Source: Camelus dromedarius
Lineage: Eukaryota
Assembly: GCF_036321535.1 (NCBI RefSeq)
Contig: NC_087436.1
Span: 47,618,001 to 47,682,000, forward strand
DNA length: 64,000 nt
Reading direction: 5' to 3'
Shown here: positions 36,411 through 50,519 of the stretch, one piece after another
Position numbering within the stretch: position 1 is the first letter of the stretch
Layout of the letters: each line of letters starts with the position of its first letter
The notes under the pieces: generated by a model
Seen by the model: only the letters and a program-made list of their open reading frames with translations
What the model was told of the DNA's origin: nothing
The model's database searches: none
Position numbers and translations under genes: made by a program

Positions 36411-38639
36411 TAAATTGTAGCTGTGCTTAATTTCTACCATTTAATACTGCTTCTGCAGCTCTGTTAGTTCTCCTTCCATCCTGGTTGTGAAAGACTTCTT
36501 CCTTCTTCCTGCCAGCACACATTGTAGGTTCCAGCTCACCTCACACCCAAGCCAGCCATGTCTAGACACTTAGGGTTTCCTAAGAAAAACAATCTACTTG
36601 ATAGTCTACCAAAAAGATAGTTGAAAGGCCACACTTAATTGATTCCTTGTAGGTCTTCTACTGGATATTCTTTGGACTTGGGCTGATTTTCATTAGCTCT
36701 TGTGTGCATGAGCATGTTCTAATTTACGTGTCTGCCCTACTATTTCTCATTCTTTCTACTATACATCCTTTGAACTCTAGTGAACAGCTTTAATTGATAG
36801 TTGTGAGGCAATTATGCCCTGTAATTTTGCACTGATTCTAAACAGTGTGCTAATTGCTTTACAATTTCCCCTCTTTTCTACTAAAGACATGTGTGTATGT
36901 GTGTGTGTATGGTGTGTATATGTATGTGTTTACTTAAGGACTAATCTATTATACAAACTGTCAAAATTTGGGGGGGCAAAACCCAAAATCTATAATTTTG
37001 TAAACAAGACCAACTCATTTTGGTGCTGTACTATATTTCGCAAGTTGTTTTAATTGCATAGGAGAAGACAAAAGACTTTTGGCAGTGTTTTATTCTAACT
37101 CCATACTGTATTCCTGTTAATGTACTGGAGGCCCTGCTTACCAGGAGTTGTGCAGAAGGGAAGATGCAATATGTAAATACACTAATCAGATCAGTGCAAA
37201 TCATAATACATTCCTTTGAAGTGTCTGGGAGACAGCTGTGTAAAAGAGTGATTTTCATTTTTGTAGGTTTGGGTGAACTTCAGCAAATCCCATCTCTGTG
37301 GTTCTGTGATTATAGCTCTGTTGTGCTTCACTTTGATGATTTTCCCCTGTTGACTTTTGTGGGATTGCATATGGTGGAAGCTAGCACTTCAGGCGTAAGT
37401 GGCTAGTTGTATTTTCTTCTCTTTGTGGCCAGTTGGCTTTAGTACTTTTGTTTCCAGTAATTTAGCTACAAAACCACATGAGCAGAGCTTTTGTGAGGTT
37501 TTTGTGTGACCAAAGTAGGAATTGGTGATGTGACAATTGTCTCAAAAGTTTTCTTAGGAAAGCATGGATCATCATTTTCGGAGAAAGGATTCTCTCTCTC
37601 TTTTTTTCCTTAAGAGATTCAACAAATTAGTTCAGTTCACTAAACTTGATGCCATCATTTCAATGTTTTAATCTGGTCAAAACTTCTGACTTGTTTTATA
37701 TGAAGGAAATATTGGTACCAGTGTAAAATAAAAAATAAAAGTCAGATAGATACTCCCACCTCCCGGGGATCCTAGTGGAGCCCAGAGAAGGGCGGAAGTG
37801 TTGGAGGGTGACTTAAAAGAAATCAGAGTGCTCCTCTGGGTTATCCTAAGTTAAGGGGAAAGCCAGAGGAGGGAAGAAGAAAAAAAAATCACCTGTGAAA
37901 AGTGATTCAAATGTTTCCAATTTTTAATCAAAATAATAAAAGAAGGATTTGAGGCGTTGTGAAAGTATTTTAATGGCAAGGTACAAGTTTTAGTGGTGAA
38001 ATTGCATAATGCATGATGCTGCATTTTAGAAATAAATTGTATTGTATATTTCATTCCTAAATGGAGGAACCTGTCGTAATCCCTAAGGAATAAAGGGACC
38101 CAGATCCCTCAGGTTCTTTCTGGAAAGAAGTATCAGTAAGGTGAGGTGTCTGGCCTATGTCTGTAAATTTCCTATTCTCTCATTTCCTGGGGGTGGGTAA
38201 ATTATGAGACTGGTAAATCTCTTACTCCAGCTCTGGAGGAATCCTCTGGGTGCAATTTTTCCTAGAGGTAGGAGGACAGATAGAATGCTTGATACAATTT
38301 CCTGAGGTCAGATGCCTATAGCCAATTCAAACTACTTAAATAAATGTGCATTGACACCATCACAGTTACCTCCTCATGTACATTTCTGTCTACTTCTGTG
38401 CCTGTCACATGGATAAAACACACACACGCACACTCACACAAACCCCCAGAAAACTCTCACAGCAAAAGTAGTCAGTACTTCTCAAAAACAGATTCCTAAG
38501 AAACTAGAGTTGAAAGGTGTGAAAGTACACTGAGTAAAACTGGTAATTGGTAAAGAAGAAATGAGATACGGGGCTAAAAATAAATAACTTCTGAAATTCA
38601 AGTCTCAATGAGTGTATCTTCTCCACATCTTCTGAAGCA

Positions 38640-39200
38640 ATGTACCAGTCTCCATACCTCCTACCACTACCATAGTCGAGACCAATGTAATTTCCTCTCT
38701 GGACTACTATGACAATTTCTAAATGAATTCACTTATGGTTTACCTATCTCCTACCTCAACCTAATATTTGCTATGTCACTATTACCTTTTGGCTCAAAAT
38801 ATTTCAATGGCTCCACATTGTCTATTAGGTAAAGTCAGATCTCCCTGTGTGGCACACAAGGCCATCAGGACCTTTTTTCTTTTTCTTTTTTTAAACTTTC
38901 TTTTGGTGGAAAAATTCATATTTATTTACAGGTATAATGATTCATGCGCTGATAACAAAGAAGCAGCAATATAATTCTTTATGTAGCCTAATACAGTCTT
39001 CATGGTAGCTTAGCCTATAAACTAATGAATGAATCATTACAACATTTTTATAGCATACAGATTATAGCATCAGGACCTTTCTTGACTTAACAGGTCACCT
39101 GACTGGTTGCTTAGAGCACTCTAATTTGAACTCCAGCCTTGGTCTCTAAGCATCAGATCTTTTGCATTTATGGCTTTTCTGCCTGGAGTGACTTTTAATC
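38640..39200 (+). mobile_element. L2 fragment hosting a retroposed insertion
   Basis: 'ccactaccatagtcgagacc...ctctctggactactatgac', 'ctcaaaatatttcaatggctccacattg...gtggcacacaaggcc'. Confidence 0.65.
38879..39067 (-). pseudogene. Retroposed 3' fragment of an unidentified polyadenylated transcript (processed pseudogene remnant or orphan L1 3' transduction)
   Basis: Exact 13-bp TSD catcaggaccttt at 38863-38875 and 39068-39080, extending to 16 bp with one mismatch. T-rich tail to 38904. Minus-strand AATAAA at 38921-38926, 16 nt before the tail. Confidence 0.8.
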
Positions 39201-40779
39201 ACAAAAATCTCCTTATTTTTCCCTGCCCTACCTCTTCTCCAAAAAGTAGTTCTTATATATTAAAAACAAAACAGTGAACCCCCCAGAAAACAACCCAGAA
39301 AGCAAGACAAAGAAATAGGATCCTACGGCCAGAGAATTGGTGATGAGAGACTTCTTCCGAGATCAGTATCAGGATTCTGGTGCCACGATGAGTTATTTGT
39401 CTTACCTTAGGCAGAAGGTCTCTCATTCAAACATCAAACACTTTTTACTTTATCTCGGCAGAAGGAAAATTTAAAGCAATTCTGCTGGGAAGGAGGGATC
39501 AACTGCTAGATTCTTTGGAAGTCTGAGGGCTTCTTGTCACTTCGGTTAGGTGAGTTTGACTGCAGCTCAGTGAATCCATGCTCCATATACACATAATTCA
39601 TCTTTAGCAATGGGTGTAAACACTATTCAGCTTTCCTAAGTCGACCAGGAATGCCACACAATATGTAGAATAAGTGGCAAAGACATTTCCCCATATCACA
39701 TCCAAAAACAGCTTATTCATAAACGTGAAACTACCTATCATAACTGAACTGGAGATCAGATCTTGTTCATTTTTCAGATCTTCCCTGCCTGAGGCTTATT
39801 CCTCCATGGAGTCTTTCCTTCTTTTTAACTTCACCATAGTCTCCTAGCATGTTGCCCGTATCCGTCTCAGAGAGCTCTCAGTACAAACTACTTCCGAGTG
39901 TGTCTGCTTTTCCTAAGAGACAGTGAATCTTGGAGATGAATTTTGATTATTCATCTTTGTGGCTCCAAGGCATAATACAAGTTTCTGAATGGATAAGTCT
40001 TTGATTCTTAAGATCTTATAACTCCTTTATATTCAGAAATATGGAGACCAAATGAGGTGATGGTTTTTAACTTAAAAAAAGTGCTTTTCTCACATTTTAT
40101 TATTCTCCTTGGGAGAGATCCCCCCAGGACTGGTATACTTCTTTGTTAACAGTATTTTCAACTGTTGACATGGCAGCTATGCACTAATGTGCAAAAAAAT
40201 AAAAATGAAAAACCGTAGTTATGTTTACATACAGTTTCTATTATAAAGAAGCTGAAACTGTAAAATACCCAATTGGGACAGAATTGTAAGATAATAATGT
40301 ATAATTGAAAACAGGTGGCAGCCATACTTCGTTGCCGTAAATTTTATCAGATCCCCTTTAGCACTTTTTAATTGGCTTCTGAGGAAGGATTTGTGTCCCC
40401 AAGAGTTATTCTTATTCTTCTGCATTAGATAATTTAACAAACTCATTTATTTATTGATCTACACATTTTATAAATATTTTCAATAACTTGCTGATAATAC
40501 TCAGTGAAGAGATTTTGAGGTGGGAAAGGTCTGAGAAGGAATCAAAGGAACAAAAAATATATCTTTCCTCAGTAAATTTGCAGTCTGGTTTGAGAGGTAA
40601 AATTCAGAGCACTAATTCATTTAAATATTTACTACCTATTAGGTGCATAGAAATGAGAAGGTCTATGACATAAAATATCTATATTTAAGGAGCTTACAAT
40701 ATAGTTATGAAAAGATATGAAAAATACAACTACCACAGGACAAACAAGGACCACTGAACATAAGCTCATAATAAGAGTG

Positions 40780-43470
40780 TTTCAAAGAGCTTGAGAAAAG
40801 ATACGCTGTGAAATAGAGTTAGCAGACATTATTCTCAAAAGGATTAGCCATCCCCAAATTGAAGACCAAAAAACAATCTGAAAAAGACTAGAAAGTAAAT
40901 ATGTTTAAAATGATAAAAGTGATAAAGGAAAATATAAAAAATAATAAAACATCAGGGCTGCTTGAAAAAATCACACTGTTTTGAAGGAGAACCAAATTGA
41001 ACCTCTAGATATAGAAAATACAATTATAAAAAATAAGTTCAGTGGATGAGGTCAATAGCAAATTAATGTCAATTAAAATGCGAATCAGAGAACTGAAAGA
41101 TGCAGCTGAGTAAACTGCCCAGAATGCATTACAAAGAAATGATTTTAAATATGAGAGATGTTAAAATACTAAAAATATGGAATAAATAAATACAATGATG
41201 TATTTCATAAAGAGAAAATAAAGGATTTAGGGGAAGAAAAGTTCTCCATGAAGTAATGGCTGGTAAGTTTTCAGAATTGAAGAAAGGCATGAATTCTCAA
41301 GTTCAAAAACCATAATGAGCCTTCAGCAGCAAAAACAAAACAAAACCCAAAATATAAACAGACAAACAAAAATGCAAACCCACACTATGACGCATTATGG
41401 TAAAACAAAAATAGCAAAACAAAAACAGGAAACCCCAAACAAAATCCAGAGAGATAAAGAGACTTCTTCTAGAAAGAATACAATTAGTCTGACAACAGAT
41501 TTCTCATTAACAATACTAACAATGGTCATTAGATGAGCATTCAATTACATGTCTGAAGTCCTGAGGTGAAGCAACCATGAAGCTAGAATTCTCAACCATA
41601 CGAACTATCATTCAAGACTGGGAGCAAAATAAGCACATTTAATTTTATGAGAAGGTTTGTAGTAGACCTTCTGAAAATCTACTAAAGTATCTTCATTCTG
41701 AATGAAATCAATAAAGAAGTAGAATACTAAGAACCATGTCATGTAAAGAAATTTATAATCCAAGTAAACATTGACAAGAATATAATAAAATAATGTCTAA
41801 CTAGTGGGGAGATTTTAAAACATGGAACTAAAATACTAAATGACAATAATATGAAATTTGGGAGGCAATGATTAAAATAAAACATTCCAAGGGCCTTGCA
41901 TTGAATGGAAGAAGGTATGTGACTCAGAACCACTAGGAATAAAGTAGATGAAAGAAAATTGGATGAATCCAATAGAAATGCTGATTTAGTAGAAATAAAA
42001 ATATGTAACTTCAAAATATAGAGCAGAAAAAATAAAATGAAGAAAATTGGATGAAACCAATAAAAGTAATAAATGGATAAAGACAAAAGTTAAATATTTA
42101 AAATAGATGGTCAAAATAAATCCAAAGAGAACTGTAAACAATTAAACCTGCCTGATGATATGCAGAGATGATCAGATTGGGTTAAAAATGAATCATAAAG
42201 TTTCTGGTTTGTAAAAGTCAGGCATTTGCATTAAAAAGGTTGATTGTAAATGAAAAAACAAAAACAACCCTCAAACCTCTGGGCTTCTAATTTAAGATAA
42301 AATGTCACATCAATTTACCAGGAATAGTAATCTCTCCTCCTCCCCCCAAATCATGTATCAATTTTTACATCAAAGATAAATGATATATTTTTTTCATAGA
42401 TGATGTAATTATCTGTAGAGAAAGCCACAAATGATTTGCAGATTAATTATTATAAACATTAAGTGGTTAAGAAGTGATTAGAAGGCCAGCATTCAAATAT
42501 CAATTTGCATTTTTATACATATGCATAAACTGAAACTGTAATAAGAAAAAGATACCATTTACAACAGCAACAAGAAAAAAAGAAAAAGATGTCTAAGAGT
42601 AAATCTTGTATGTTCAAGTCCTGCATGGAAAAATTAGGAGTTTCTTGAAAATATACTAAAGAAGACCCAAGTAAATGGACAGATGCATGTCTTTGTTTGG
42701 ACTACTATAACAGAATAGACTGTGTAACTTATCCATAGACTGATCAGCTTATAAACAACAGAAACTTATTTCTCATAGTTCTGCAGGCTGGGAGTCCAAG
42801 ATCAAGGAGTCAACATGATTGTGTTCTGGCAAGGTTACTCTTCCTGATTTGCCTTCTCACTGTGTCCTCATGTGGTGGAAGGGCCTAAGGATCTCTGTGA
42901 GGTTTATTCCATAAGGCACTAATCCCATTTATGAGGGTTCCAACCTTGTCCAACCAAAGGCCCCACTTCCTAAGATTTCAACATATGCATTTTGGGAGGG
43001 ACACAAACTTTCAGACCATAGCATACATCATGTTCATGAGTACAGACTTTATCAGAAGGCTGTTACTTCTTTCACTTTCAGTCTGTTAGGTAGAACCATG
43101 TGTCACCTTTGTCAGCTAAAAACAGTTTAATGTCAATGCCAAAGGTTTAAACTAATATACAAGTGCAATTGTACTTCAAATATTTGACACATTGATTCTA
43201 TAATTTGTATGGAAGAAAAAAGGCCCAAGAATAGTCAAGACAGTGCTTAAGAAGTATAACAAGGCAAGAAGACTTGCTCTATCATGTACTATAAGTTATT
43301 ATCCATATTATCCAGTAACAATAATTAAGATAGTGTAGCACTGTCCCAGGAAGAGACAATTAACCAACAGGACAGAATAGAGAGCTCCCAAAGAATCCTA
43401 TGCTAATATGGAACAGATTTCATCACAGATCCCTGAACAATGGTTGATTTTTCAATAAACAGTGCTGGAA
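40780..43470 (+). mobile_element. Old L1M/HAL1-like fragments (ORF1-like, then ORF2 pieces), sense orientation
   Basis: 'aattagtctgacaacagatttctcattaacaa', 'agctagaattctcaaccatacgaactatcattcaag', 'catagatgatgtaattatctgtagagaaa', 'ataaacagtgctggaacaactg'. Confidence 0.75.
42688..43023 (-). mobile_element. MLT1A-type solo LTR nested in L1
   Basis: 'aacaacagaaacttatttctcatagttctgcaggctgggagtccaagatcaagg...gggacacaaactttcagaccatagca'. Confidence 0.88.
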
Positions 43471-46400
43471 CAACTGCAAAATATGTTAACAATAAGATCT
43501 CAAATCTGCAGATAATACTAAACTCTTCTAAAGCAAGAAGAAATGCTGATCTAAGGAAATTATAGGAAGATCTTTTATGGCCGTTGATGCAAAAGTGGTG
43601 GATGAGGTTCAGTGTTTAGGATCTGCCTATTCCAGGCCACAGATGCCATCCTTTAGTATCAAGTTTGGTCCAGGTCCAGGTCAGTTTTTTATCCTTATTT
43701 CTGAACACTCTTCCCTAGACTTCTTGTTTATGAGCTGCAGACCCTGGGTACAGTTGGAAGGTAGAGATACATCCAAGAGGCAAGACACATGAAAAGGTTC
43801 TGATAGACTCTCAAGGAATCAATAGCCTCTGGTTAAACAAACAGTTCAGGATTCAGCTCAGAATATTCCGTGCCCGTCACCTGCCAGCACTTCCCTTCTC
43901 CGCTTCAACACATGACTAAATAAAGGTTCACTTTTACTTTTGAAAATCAGATGTTCTTTAAAAAGTGAATCTAGTGCAACAAATACTATAGTAAAAAATT
44001 CCAAAGACAACTAAAATACTTTGTTATCATTCTCTTTCTTGAAATAAATATTAAATGATAAAGTTGAGCTCATCAAGATCATTCTCTGAAATCTTAAACC
44101 AACTCATTAATCAGCTGCTCTTGCTGAATAACATAGTAAAGAATCTGTTCTCTATTTGGATATCATCAAAATATTTACAATTATATTGAACTATTATATT
44201 GTTAGCAATGTAATGAGAAATCTTAAAATAAATGACATAAAAGCATTTGATAAAAATTAAAATGTACACAGACATCATTCCCATGGATCTAATGACTGCC
44301 AATGAATAGCTTCAAGCAAGAAATGAAACTATCCCATCCCTAAAAAGGAATCCGTACTAATTACCCTATGTGCAGTCCCTGAGGTGTTCAGATATCTGGA
44401 CTATGCACCAACAGTTTAGATTTGAAATTAGTACTCAAAAAATTGTTACAATTGAGGTGATTAACTCTCAAACTAAATATAATCATCCAACTAAACAACC
44501 CATTGAAGAGCATGTAGCAGAATTAAGATTTCAAACTTACCACAATTCCCAGAAGTTTACATCCCTCAAATAAATGCATTCCACTCAAAAGCAAACAAAA
44601 TAGCTTTTCAACATAAGAAATCCTTTGAGTTTCAAAAAACCCCACCAAAGCCAAGTAAGTACTTCATCATGCAAATCAACTACTTTGAGGGAGATGGCCA
44701 GTCAGCTGCATGCATGGACGATACTGAGAAAAGCAGAGATCGTTTTCATCTTCTCAGCAGGACAAATTCTTCATGCCGCAGATTAAATGACCCCCTTCCC
44801 CTTCCCTATACATCTTGAAAAGGGACATTTTAAAGAGTTTTTAAAAGATGTTTTAAATGAAGCAGGTTTCAGATAAATTCCTTTTCCTGTGGCTTCTGAG
44901 TTAGCATTAAAAAGCAGTTGTGGTAAAGTGGATATAGGCACATGTTGTTATTCCTGAATATGTGATCACACCAATTATTGATTCAATCATTTTGGAAAAG
45001 CTTGGATTCCTAGTAATGAGTATGAAAGGTTATGTTCATCAATGTGGCCAAAGTCTGCCACATTGAGTGTATTACTAATATATCCAATTATTGAAATAAT
45101 ATTAAGCTGTGATTGTTCAGATTCTAGGATGGAGAGAAGAGAGGGTTGACTGGGGTTGAAATTGTGACTTATTCTCAAGAGAACTGTGCTAATGGAGGCC
45201 CAAGTGCATGTTTAATAGGCTGTGTGGGAGGGGAGTGCCACATTTAGTGGGCACATGATGAATAAAGATTGTCTATGGGCATGAACAGTGGAGATATGAT
45301 AGTGGAGAAGAAATGGAGCAGATAAATTTTCCATATTGGGGGAGTTTTAGCCTCTGGAAAATTTACGGCAGAGAATTAAAGAGGAAAATGAAAAGAATTT
45401 TAATACATGTACTATATGTTTGGGTATAGTCTTAATTTAAAATTTTTGAAGTTGTTTCTAAATTTCTTAGAGTTAGGACTAATTTTTCTTAAGTGTGACC
45501 CTTCTCCAGAACTCAGTCACCATGGTTTCCAAGTACATAAGGCATTTGTTCTCTTGTGAAGAGAAACCTAGCAGGTCAGTGCAACTCACTGCACTGGTCT
45601 TAGAGAAGGCGTGACAAGACCTGGTTCCATCTCAGCAATGCAGGAGGGTGCCATACCCCAATCACTATATAGCTTATGGCGCTTGTTTGATTTGAGGATC
45701 ATTTACGAGCATCTGACACCATAGAATGAGGAAATCTTTTAGAGGCTTTGAGAAAGCTGGCAAAGGAATCAAGCAGTTACTACTCCGTATTTTACCTTAA
45801 CCTAGAGAAACATTGGGAGGAAAAAAATCTTACACTTAAAGGAAGGGCCGTGACAACTGTCACAAGCAGAGAAGTCATAATATTGAATATCAACCTGTAT
45901 TTCTTGGATGTACCTCCTGGAATCTTCAGGAGTCTCCCTGGAAGGAAGGAGTTAGGGTCTTTCTTGAAGTAAGTAGAGGCAAGGCCAATAATGTTTTGGC
46001 TGTACTTTAATCATTTATCCACAATGATATCCAACCTTCTGGCCTTTACTCCAATCACACTGATATACTTGCGTGTACTCTGCCCTCACAAGTTCTAGTT
46101 GTTGCTCAGAAATTTGCCTTGTCAGCAGTAGGCAAACACAGTAGTAAAAGGTTTTCTCTTTCTTTTGATCTTGCAGTCTATCTTTAAGTGATTAATGATT
46201 TGTCCAATAACTGTATTATGTATTGAAAGATTCTTAAATGCCCTTTAAATCTTTAGATCAGTATTAATTTTTAGCATATATTCTATGTCATTGCACTTAT
46301 TAGTACATATTGCAGTGCTGTGTTAGCTTAGTCATTTAATTAAGTGAAACATCCCATTCCTTTACCATGCCATATGATCAAGTGTTCATTGTCTTTTTCA

Positions 46401-47579
46401 TTTGCATCCTAAAACAGATACTAGAAACACAATTGTGAGTATCTAGAGAGCCATTCTGGGTCAAGAACTACAGTGGATGATGAAGTCAGTATTGGCTATT
46501 AAATAACAGATGCAGTCATGAAGTTAAGTTGACTGCATCCAATGTAGTTCTCTCTGTTTCCTGACCTTTGGAGTCAGAGTAGATTTTCCTGCTTGAGGAT
46601 GAGGTAAAGGAGAATGAAATAGCACTTAAGATTTCTGTAGCAAGAGATTTACACTAGAATACCAACTGCTGTCCAGGTGGGAGAAGACCCCTTAAAGGAA
46701 AACTCTATTTTTGGATGGGAAATGTACTTTGAAGCAAAAACTCATCTTGAATCTTGGGATCTAATTAGAATCTAATTGAATATTAGCTTATGATTTTTTC
46801 TAGTGGATTTTGCTAGACTAAAATATTTATTTAAAGTTTCATGAGAATGGAGTACGGGAATTATGGAAAGCAGATATATTTACAATTTATAAAGTCATCA
46901 GAATTCTTTTTAATGCTCCAGTTGTTAGGCTGGAGGCCAGATCTTTGATTTCTAACTGAATCCATTTGACTCTGTAAACCTATGAATCTTTCGTAGTTGA
47001 TGATTAGAATACCTAAGAATTCTAAGTCACTTACCAGTTTCTATTCTAAAATATAATTTCTTCATTCTATTGCTTATGTCTTTTGCTTGTTTAATTACAG
47101 AAACAGCTTGATTCTGCTGAAGAATTATATACTGACAAAGAACAAAACAATACTCACTTTTACCCTAGGGGCAAAATTATTTAATAAAATAAATCTGCTG
47201 AGTTTTGAGTAAGAAGAGCTTTAAAGAACATCCCCATACTTGCCTTTTTGATTTGGTTTTACAGATCATCATTTCTTAGAGTAAATTCTGTAATTGATCA
47301 AGGGATGAAAATTGAATGAGGAAAACAAATGCACTGAACAAGATTACAATGAGATGCTACTGTCATCTTCAATTTGTTTTCTGTGAACAAAGGCAGTTGA
47401 TGCCCATTAACAGTTACCCATTATTACTCAATTTTAAAAATGACTGCCATAAATATAGAGAGGTTCTTCCACAGTTCTCACCTAGAGTGTTGAGACTAGG
47501 ATTTGATGACTCTCAGTTAAGGAACAGTGAAATTATACGTCACCAGTAATTTGCCTGGTAACGGAAAAATGAATTGAGC

Positions 47580-48950
47580 AGATAACTTTGCACACAGTAG
47601 GTGCCCAATAGATGGTAACCAGATGAATGAATGAGTCAAAAGCAGTGTTAGTTTATTTTAGTGAATATTTTGATGTTTTAGGTTTGTTCTGGTTGAACAG
47701 ATTTGGAAACCAGTGAAGTGGCTTGTTCATACCTCCTTTCCATTCAAACCAAGTTTCAACACTAGTTTCAGTACATTACCTCCCTGATAAAAATCTTCGA
47801 TGACTATTTTGACCTCAGGATAAAATAAAACTTATTAGCCTTCAAAGCAAAGATCTACAAAATCTGGCTTCACCCAATTTATTCAATCAAGTTTATCACT
47901 AATAAAAGATCCACTCTGATCTTGTTGTTCCCCTCACTATTTTCTAAACAAAACAAAACAAAACAAAAACAAAAGACTGCTTCTCATTTCCAAGTCTGAT
48001 TTTTTCGGGTTATACTCACTAACAATTTTTTCCCTATCAAAATTCTACAAACTCTTCAAGTAAACATTTTTTAAAAACTGTGAGATGTTTCTCTTCATAA
48101 TAAGGCTCTGTGCAGGTTTAAAACACTATGAGAGTTCCCATGCCTCAAATAGAGCTCTCACTGCCCTTCTGTAAACCACCTGCCTCCTCACTGCAGCTGT
48201 CAGAGCATCTCCCTTCCAGTCTTTTGGTAAAAGCACATTTCCTTTTGAGTCTCATACCAGCAGGCTGTACCATTCTCCTCACCTTCCTTATTGATGTTAT
48301 TTACCGATTTCCTAATCATTTCCCTTCAGTCATTGAAGTCTTTGACAACTTTTGAGACAACATTCATGATTGTCCTCTCTACTCATCTCCTGCCAGAGTT
48401 GAATGTTTCAGTTCACTTGTAAAAAACAATCAGGTTTTAAAATTCTGGTCTTCCTTTTCTCCAGTTAATTTTATCTGATATTTTGGAGCCACTCATTCCT
48501 ATAACTACAACATAAATTTTTTTCAATAGACGGATATTTGAAAATTATAATTTCATTTATCTCACCCTGACCAAAGATCTCTTACCTGTTAAGCTTCCTT
48601 ACACTTGCTACTACTATAGCTGCTCATAGGACACGCTAGTCTTTAATTTCTCCCATTCTTTCCCATCATCCAACCTTCTCCAGGGCACTTCACTTTTCTT
48701 ACTCAGTCTCACTCCTTGGAGGGAATAGCATATGACCTATTTTCCCTCTGAGTACCTAATTCCCATGTGTCCCTATCCTTCCACCATACTAATTAGTAAC
48801 TCAATCCAAAATCAGAACCCAAATCCCTGTTCTTGAGATCTCTACGTGAATGGTTGAAGGCTAGTAGTTTAAGCCATACATCAGTGCAATTTGGTCTTGC
48901 TCAATTTTATGAACTTAACACTGTCCATAATTTTTACATATAGCTTTCAT
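47580..48950 (+). mobile_element. Degenerate L2 fragments
   Basis: L2 tail 'cacacagtaggtgcccaatagatgg...gaatgaatgag' and pyrimidine-rich L2-like internal segments. Confidence 0.5.
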
Positions 48951-49957
48951 AAGCTTCCTTTCTCAGGTCCTTCGAGATTTGCCAAATGGAATCATATAAT
49001 ACGTAGTCTTTTGTGAGTGGCTTACTTTCAGTTAGCATGTTTTCAAGGTTCATCTTTCATCACTGTGGCATGTCTCAGTACATTGTTTCTTTTTATTGTT
49101 GCGTAAGGAAATGGATTGCTGAATAAGGAAATAATGAAATTTCTGGGTAATATGGAGACTCTATGTCTAATGTTCTGAGGATCACTCAAACTGGTTTCTA
49201 AAGTGGTTACATCATTTCACAGTCCCACCAATAGTGTATGAGTATCCCAATTTCTTTACATCCACACCAACAGCTGTTACTGTCTATCTTTTTGATTATA
49301 GTTATCCTAAATGAGTATGTAAAGTGGTGTCCCATTGTGATTCTTATTTGCATTTCCTAAATGATTAATGGTGTTGGGCACCAGTTCATGTGGGGTTTTT
49401 TGCTATTTATATATATCTTGAAAAAAATGTCTATTTAGGCCTTTTGCCCATTTTAAAATTATGGTTATTTATTTTTTATTTTTGAACTTTAGAAATTCTC
49501 TACATATTCTGGCGACAAATTCTTAATCAGATTTATGACTTGTAAGTATTTTGTGTCATCAAAAGAGTGGTCTTTTTATTTTCTAGATTGTATTCTCTGA
49601 ATAAAAAAAGGTTTAAATTTTTTTAAATCTGATTTTTTTGTTTCTTGTGCTTTTGATGTCATATCTAAGAAACTATTGATTAATTCAAGGTCACAAAAAT
49701 TTATTCCTTTGTTTTCTTCTAAGAGCTTTATAGTTTTAGCTCTTATGTTTAGGTCAATGATATATTGTGAGTCAATCTGTGTGTCTGAGTGAGGTAGGCA
49801 TCTCAGTTCATTCTTATGTATTTGGATATTCAGATACCCAAAAACCATTTTTTGAAAATACTATTCTTTCCCCATTGAACTGTCTTGGCACCTTGCTGAA
49901 AATAAATTGATATGGTTTATTTCTGGACTCTCAATTTATTCCATTTATCTGTTTATT

Positions 49958-50467
49958 TTATTAGTTTCCTATTTTTGCTGTAACCACAAACTTAGCACAA
50001 ACTTAATGACTTAAAGCACAATTTATAATCTTACAGCTCTGCAGTTCTGGAGGACAGAAATTTGAAATGGCCTCACTGGGCTAAAACCAACCTGTTTCCA
50101 GTGCTGTGTTCTTTCTGGAGGCTCTAGAAGAGTCTTGCCTTTTCCAGCTTCTAGGGACTGCATGTATTCCTTCACCTTCACTTGCTGCCTTCTTCCACCT
50201 TCCAAGTCAGTAATCACATTGCTCAGACCTCCACTTCCATCACCATACCTCCTCCGACTCATACTCTTCTGCTGTCCTCTTTCACGTGTAAGGATCCTTG
50301 TGACTACAGTGGGCCCATTTGTATAATCCAGGATGCTCTTCCCATCACAAGATTCTTAATTTAATCACATATGCAAATTGTCTTTTGCCATGTAAGGTAA
50401 TGTATTCCCAGGTTGAGGAGATTAGGGCATGGACATCTCTGGAGAGGCTGTTTTTCTGTGTACCACA
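49958..50467 (-). mobile_element. MLT1B/C-type solo LTR nested in L1
   Basis: 'tattagtttcctatttttgctgtaaccacaaacttagc...ataatccaggatgctcttcccatcacaagattcttaatttaatcacat...gattagggcatggacatct...taccaca'. Confidence 0.88.
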
Positions 50468-50519
50468 TATCCTTATGTCAGGTCCACACTGTCTTGATTA
50501 CTGTAGCTTTGTAGTAAGT

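Noticed and set aside
39169..39190. 'tatggctttt' resembling the start of miR-135
   Set aside because: Similarity ends after ~10 nt, there is no hairpin, and it lies in an L2 remnant.
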